From: Alphaproteobacteria bacterium
GTDB lineage: Bacteria; Pseudomonadota; Alphaproteobacteria; SHVR01
Assembly: GCA_009694185.1 (NCBI GenBank)
Contig: SHVR01000005.1
Span: 10,468 to 74,467, forward strand
Length of the DNA stretch: 64,000 nt
Direction: 5' to 3'
Shown here: piece by piece, positions 60,166-64,000 of the stretch
How the letters are laid out: each line of letters opens with the position of its first letter
Numbering within the stretch: position 1 is the first letter of the stretch
Program-made: the position numbers and the translations under genes
Notes under the pieces: model-generated
The model's database searches: none
Told to the model about the DNA's origin: nothing
Seen by the model: only the letters and a program-made list of their open reading frames with translations

Positions 60166-60971
60166 ACCCACCTCCATCCGGCAATCCATAAGGCGCACAC
60201 CGTTACGGCCGCGACCAGCAAACCGTCGATCCGGTCGAGTAAACCGCCGTGGCCCGGAATTAAGCGGCCCGTATCCTTGACCGCGAAATGCCGCTTGGCC
60301 GACGACTCAACCAAATCACCCGCGCTCGTGGCCACCGCCAGGACGAACCCCACCAGACCGGCCCATGCCAGCCGCTCGATACCGAATAGACCGGCAACCA
60401 CCACCGCCGCAAGTGTCGCGGCGCCCAACCCACCGATCACGCCGGACCAGGTTTTACCCGGACTGATGGCCGGAGCCAGTCGCGGCCCCCCGACCGAGCG
60501 CCCAATGGCGTAGGCGCCGGAATCGGCGGCCCAAACCACGAGAAACAACCATATCACCATGTCGCGGCCGGCGGCCGGTTCATAACGGAGCCAAATCAGC
60601 GCCACGGCGGGAACCGCCAGATAGATACCGCCGACGGCAAGCCAAGTCGGGCTCGGGTGCTGGAACCAGCGCCCCGCGAGAAGGACCGCCACCGCCGCGC
60701 TAACCACCAAACCCGCCGCGTAATATCCGAAAACCGCCAGAAGTGTGCCCCCGAGACACCCCACCACGGCGATCCAGCCGGCGGCGGCGATCTCGCCCGG
60801 TGTACAGAGCCTCGCCCACTCGAAGCCGGCGATGCCGATTGACAGCAGCACCAGAAGGTCGAACCAGGGCCGGCCGAGATAGACAAGCAGGAGCACCAGC
60901 GGACCGACCACCAGTGCCGATGCGAGCCGCAGCCAGAGTTCGCCGAGTTGCCGCGACCGCGCCTCAACCAA
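60162..60971 (-). CDS. cdsA: Phosphatidate cytidylyltransferase
   Basis: DSGAY, ISPGKTWSG, GDLVES..KR..VKD, PGHGGLLDRID. Start (TTG 60971 or GTG 60980) uncertain. Confidence 0.93.
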   Translation of the reverse strand: MVEARSRQLGELWLRLASALVVGPLVLLLVYLGRPWFDLLVLLSIGIAGFEWARLCTPGEIAAAGWIAVVGCLGGTLLAVFGYYAAGLVVSAAVAVLLAGRWFQHPSPTWLAVGGIYLAVPAVALIWLRYEPAAGRDMVIWLFLVVWAADSGAYAIGRSVGGPRLAPAISPGKTWSGVIGGLGAATLAAVVVAGLFGIERLAWAGLVGFVLAVATSAGDLVESSAKRHFAVKDTGRLIPGHGGLLDRIDGLLVAAVTVCALWIAGWRWV

Positions 60972-61695
60972 CAGATGCACCGTAGCGGCGGTGCCGGCGA
61001 TAAAATTCACGAATGGCATCCTCCAAATCGCGTTTCGTGAAGTCGGGCCACAACGTGTCGAGAAACACCAGCTCCGCATAGGCCGCCTGCCAGAGGAGGA
61101 AATTGCTTAATCGCTTCTCCCCGCTCGTCCGGATGACGAGGTCCGGGTCTGGGATGCCAGCCGTCGCCAACTGGCTCTCGACAAGCGCTTCCGTGATATC
61201 GTCAGCCCGCAAGCGGCCCGCCCGGACCGATTCGGCGATGGCACGCACGGCCTCCGTAATCTCGCCTCGGCTGCCATAACTCAGCGCCATGATGACCTGG
61301 ATACCGCGATTATCGCGGGTGAGCGCCTCGCTATTCTCGATCAGGCCGACAATATCGTTCGGCAGCCGCTGGCGATCGCCGATGACGCGCAGCCGGACAT
61401 TGTTGGCGTGCAAGTCGGCAACTTCGCTTTGCAGATAGCGGCGCAATAGCGCCATCAGTTCGCTCACCTCCTCCAACGGCCGCCGCCAATTCTCGGACGA
61501 GAAGCTGTAGAGGGTCAGGTATTCAATGCCGAGTTCGGCGGCGCTCCGCACCGCCGCGCGCGCCGCATCGGTGCCCCGGCGATGGCCCATCACGCGGGGC
61601 AGGCCGCGTGCCCGCGCCCACCGGCCGTTGCCATCCATGATGATCGCGACATGCCGCGGCGGCGCCATGGGGTCCGTCGATGACGCTGCTTCCAT
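60964..61695 (-). CDS. uppS: Undecaprenyl diphosphate synthase
   Basis: HVAIIMDGNGRWA, FSSENW, IRTSGEKRLSNFLLWQ. Confidence 0.98.
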   Translation of the reverse strand: MEAASSTDPMAPPRHVAIIMDGNGRWARARGLPRVMGHRRGTDAARAAVRSAAELGIEYLTLYSFSSENWRRPLEEVSELMALLRRYLQSEVADLHANNVRLRVIGDRQRLPNDIVGLIENSEALTRDNRGIQVIMALSYGSRGEITEAVRAIAESVRAGRLRADDITEALVESQLATAGIPDPDLVIRTSGEKRLSNFLLWQAAYAELVFLDTLWPDFTKRDLEDAIREFYRRHRRYGASVG

Positions 61696-61698
61696 GGA

Positions 61699-62268
61699 TC
61701 AAACGTGCAGGATCTCTCGCTCTTTATGGGCGAGAGTGTCGTCGACGATCTTGATGTTCTGGTCGGTGGCCTTCTGGATCTCGTCTGAGAAGTGGCGATG
61801 CTCGTCCTTCGATATCTCTCCGTCCTTCTCGCTGCGCTTCAACTTTTCCATGCCGTCGCGCCGCACGTTGCGCACGGCGACGCGGGCCTGTTCGCTGTAT
61901 TTGTGGGCGACCTTGACGAGTTCGCGCCGGCGCTCCTCGCTGAGTTCCGGGATCGGCACGCGCAGCACCTGGCCCTCGACTTTGGGGTTCAAGCCCAGGC
62001 TGGACTCGCGAATCGCACGATCGACGGCCTGCACCAGGCCGCGGTCCCAGACCTGCACGGTCAGCATTCGCGCCTCGGGCGCGCTGATCGTGCCGACCTG
62101 GGTAATCGGCATTTTCGCGCCATAGGCCTCGACCGAGAGCGGCTCTAGCAGGCTGACCGACGCCCGACCCGTCCGCAGTCCCGAAAATTCCCGCTTCAGA
62201 GCCTCAATGGCCCCCGCCATCCGGCGTTTCACGTCTTCCAATTCGGCTTTGGGCACGGCATCACCCAT
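61699..62268 (-). CDS. frr: Ribosome recycling factor
   Basis: LRTGRAS, LSEERR, RNVRRD, KEREI. Confidence 0.98.
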   Translation of the reverse strand: MGDAVPKAELEDVKRRMAGAIEALKREFSGLRTGRASVSLLEPLSVEAYGAKMPITQVGTISAPEARMLTVQVWDRGLVQAVDRAIRESSLGLNPKVEGQVLRVPIPELSEERRRELVKVAHKYSEQARVAVRNVRRDGMEKLKRSEKDGEISKDEHRHFSDEIQKATDQNIKIVDDTLAHKEREILHV

Positions 62269-62989
62269 TATCCTGGCAGATCACGGTAAACCTCCCCTCG
62301 CCCCGCATGACCGCCGGGAAGGCTCCCGCATTGTGTATCGAAAACACCAAGATAGGAATCTTGTTCTCCCGAGCCAGCGAGATGGCGGATGCGTCCATCA
62401 CCTGTAGGTCGCGGGAAAGCACGTCCATGTAGGTCAATCGTTCGTGGCGCTCGGCCCCGGGATTCTTGATCGGATCGGCGCTGTAGACACCGTCGACATG
62501 GGTTCCCTTGAGAAGGGCGTCACAGCCCATTTCCGAAGCCCGCAACGCCGCCGCCGTGTCGGTGGTGAAGAACGGGTTGCCCGTTCCGGCCGCAAAGACC
62601 ACGACGCGGCCTTTTTCCATATGGCGTTGGGCGCGGCGGCGGATATAGGGCTCGCAGAGGCTCGCCATCGGGATCGCCGATTGGACGCGGGTCGGCTGAC
62701 CCTGGGATTCCAGCGCGCTCTGTAGTGCCAACGCGTTGATGACCGTGGCGAGCATGCCCATATAGTCCCCGGTCGCCCGATCCATGCCCCAGCCGACCGC
62801 GGACGATCCGCGAAAGATATTGCCGCCACCAACGACAACGCAGACTTCCGTGCCCAGACGCTGCACCTCGGCCACGTCGATGGCAATCCGCCGCACCGTT
62901 TCCGCGCTGATGCCGAATTGTTGCTCGCCCATCAAGGCTTCGCCGGATACCTTCAGCAAAACCCGTCGGTAAAGCGGTGTGCCGGCCAT
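62261..62989 (-). CDS. pyrH: UMP kinase
   Basis: [34 protein letters not shown]. Confidence 0.98.
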   Translation of the reverse strand: MAGTPLYRRVLLKVSGEALMGEQQFGISAETVRRIAIDVAEVQRLGTEVCVVVGGGNIFRGSSAVGWGMDRATGDYMGMLATVINALALQSALESQGQPTRVQSAIPMASLCEPYIRRRAQRHMEKGRVVVFAAGTGNPFFTTDTAAALRASEMGCDALLKGTHVDGVYSADPIKNPGAERHERLTYMDVLSRDLQVMDASAISLARENKIPILVFSIHNAGAFPAVMRGEGRFTVICQDNG

Positions 62990-63030
62990 GTTCTTGCCCC
63001 GTGTTCCGACCCTGGCGGCAGCCCGCTGAC

Positions 63031-63957
63031 TCAATTCTTGAGGGTCGCCGCCACCTCGGCCGCAAAATCCGTCGGCGGCTTTTCGATGCCCTCCCCGAGC
63101 ACGAAGCGAACGAAACCCGTGCAAGCGATGGGTTTGCCGGCTTCCTTTGCCGCCTCCTCAAGGACCTTCTTCACCTTCTTGTTGGGGTCGAGCACCCAGG
63201 CCTGCTCGGGCAGGACGACTTCCTCGTAATACTTGCGGAGCCGTCCCTCAACCATCTTCTCGACGATCGCCTCGGCCTTGCCACTCGCCCTCGCCTGCTC
63301 GGCCAGGACCGCGCGTTCGCGATCGAGGGCGGACCGGTCGACATCGGCGACGTTGAGCCATTGCGGGTTGGCCGCCGCCACATGCATGGCGAGTTGCCGG
63401 CAGAGTGCCGCCAACTTGTCGTTGGGCGCCGCACTTTCCAAGGCCACCAGAACGCCGATCTTGCCGAGACCCGGCGCCGCACTGTTATGGACGTAGCTCG
63501 CGACAACGCCCTCGCCAACCTTGAGCGATCGAGAGCGGCGCAGGTTCATATTCTCGCCGATGGTGCCGATGAGCTGGGCGAGTTCGGTCGCCACATCGCG
63601 GCCGCTACCCGGGTAGGCCGAGGTCAACAGTGTTTCGAGATTGCCGTTCGCCTCGACCGCGAGCATGCTCGCCGTGCGCACGAACGCCTGGAAGGTCTCG
63701 TTACGGGCGACGAAATCGGTTTCGGAATTGACCTCGACCACGGCGCCTACGGACCCCGCGACCGCCACACCCACCAGTCCCTCGGCGGCCACGCGGCCCG
63801 CTTTCTTGGCTGCCGCGGCAAGGCCCTTCTTGCGCAGCCAATCGACGGCCGCCTCCATGTCGCCGCCGGTCTCGGCCAGCGCCTTCTTGCAGTCCATCAT
63901 GCCGGCGCCGGTCTTCTCGCGAAGATCGCGCACCAGGGATGCGGTTATTTCAGCCAT
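63031..63957 (-). CDS. tsf: Elongation factor Ts
   Basis: [34 protein letters not shown]. Confidence 0.99.
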   Translation of the reverse strand: MAEITASLVRDLREKTGAGMMDCKKALAETGGDMEAAVDWLRKKGLAAAAKKAGRVAAEGLVGVAVAGSVGAVVEVNSETDFVARNETFQAFVRTASMLAVEANGNLETLLTSAYPGSGRDVATELAQLIGTIGENMNLRRSRSLKVGEGVVASYVHNSAAPGLGKIGVLVALESAAPNDKLAALCRQLAMHVAAANPQWLNVADVDRSALDRERAVLAEQARASGKAEAIVEKMVEGRLRKYYEEVVLPEQAWVLDPNKKVKKVLEEAAKEAGKPIACTGFVRFVLGEGIEKPPTDFAAEVAATLKN

Positions 63958-64000
63958 GTCTTAAATCCCGATACCGTCACCATCAACCCGGCTCGCTCAC

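Overview
A GC-rich alphaproteobacterial (Rhodospirillales-like, by inference) chromosome segment made mostly of core genes: metG'-tatD-MBL hydrolase-mazG; groES-IMPase; ntrBC-ntrYX-dat-HAD-hfq-hflX; ispDF-pgpA-cinA; ratA-lipA; pdhABC-lpdA; ftsB, eno, kdsA, pyrG, secG, tpiA; ppiD-trpE...trpGDC-moaC-moeA; lexA, comEC, gltX, gltA, gloA; and the tsf-pyrH-frr-uppS-cdsA-dxr-rseP-bamA-skp-lpxD-fabZ-lpxA-lpxI-lpxB cluster. I saw no rRNA, tRNA, CRISPR array, prophage or transposase. Non-coding signals read from the DNA: a XerC/XerD dif site at 2070-2097, with KOPS polarity suggesting the replication terminus; two ~150-bp nested-palindrome MITE-like elements, one of which truncates an orphan higA and supplies an in-frame ATG; paired LexA boxes; PhaR-like boxes upstream of ntrB/ispDF, pdhA and gltA; and one intrinsic terminator. 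Accessory genes: a membrane-anchored pentapeptide-repeat gene split by an in-frame TAG plus a one-base frameshift; a luciferase-like monooxygenase; a stand-alone groES; a small His-motif membrane protein; and an 1123-aa SAM-cyclase-STAND-TPR (NLR-like) protein between moeA and lexA. I found no convincing new multi-gene system. The best candidates for new biology are the NLR-like cyclase, the split pentapeptide locus and the MITE/higA chimera. All calls come from motif recognition by eye, not database searches.
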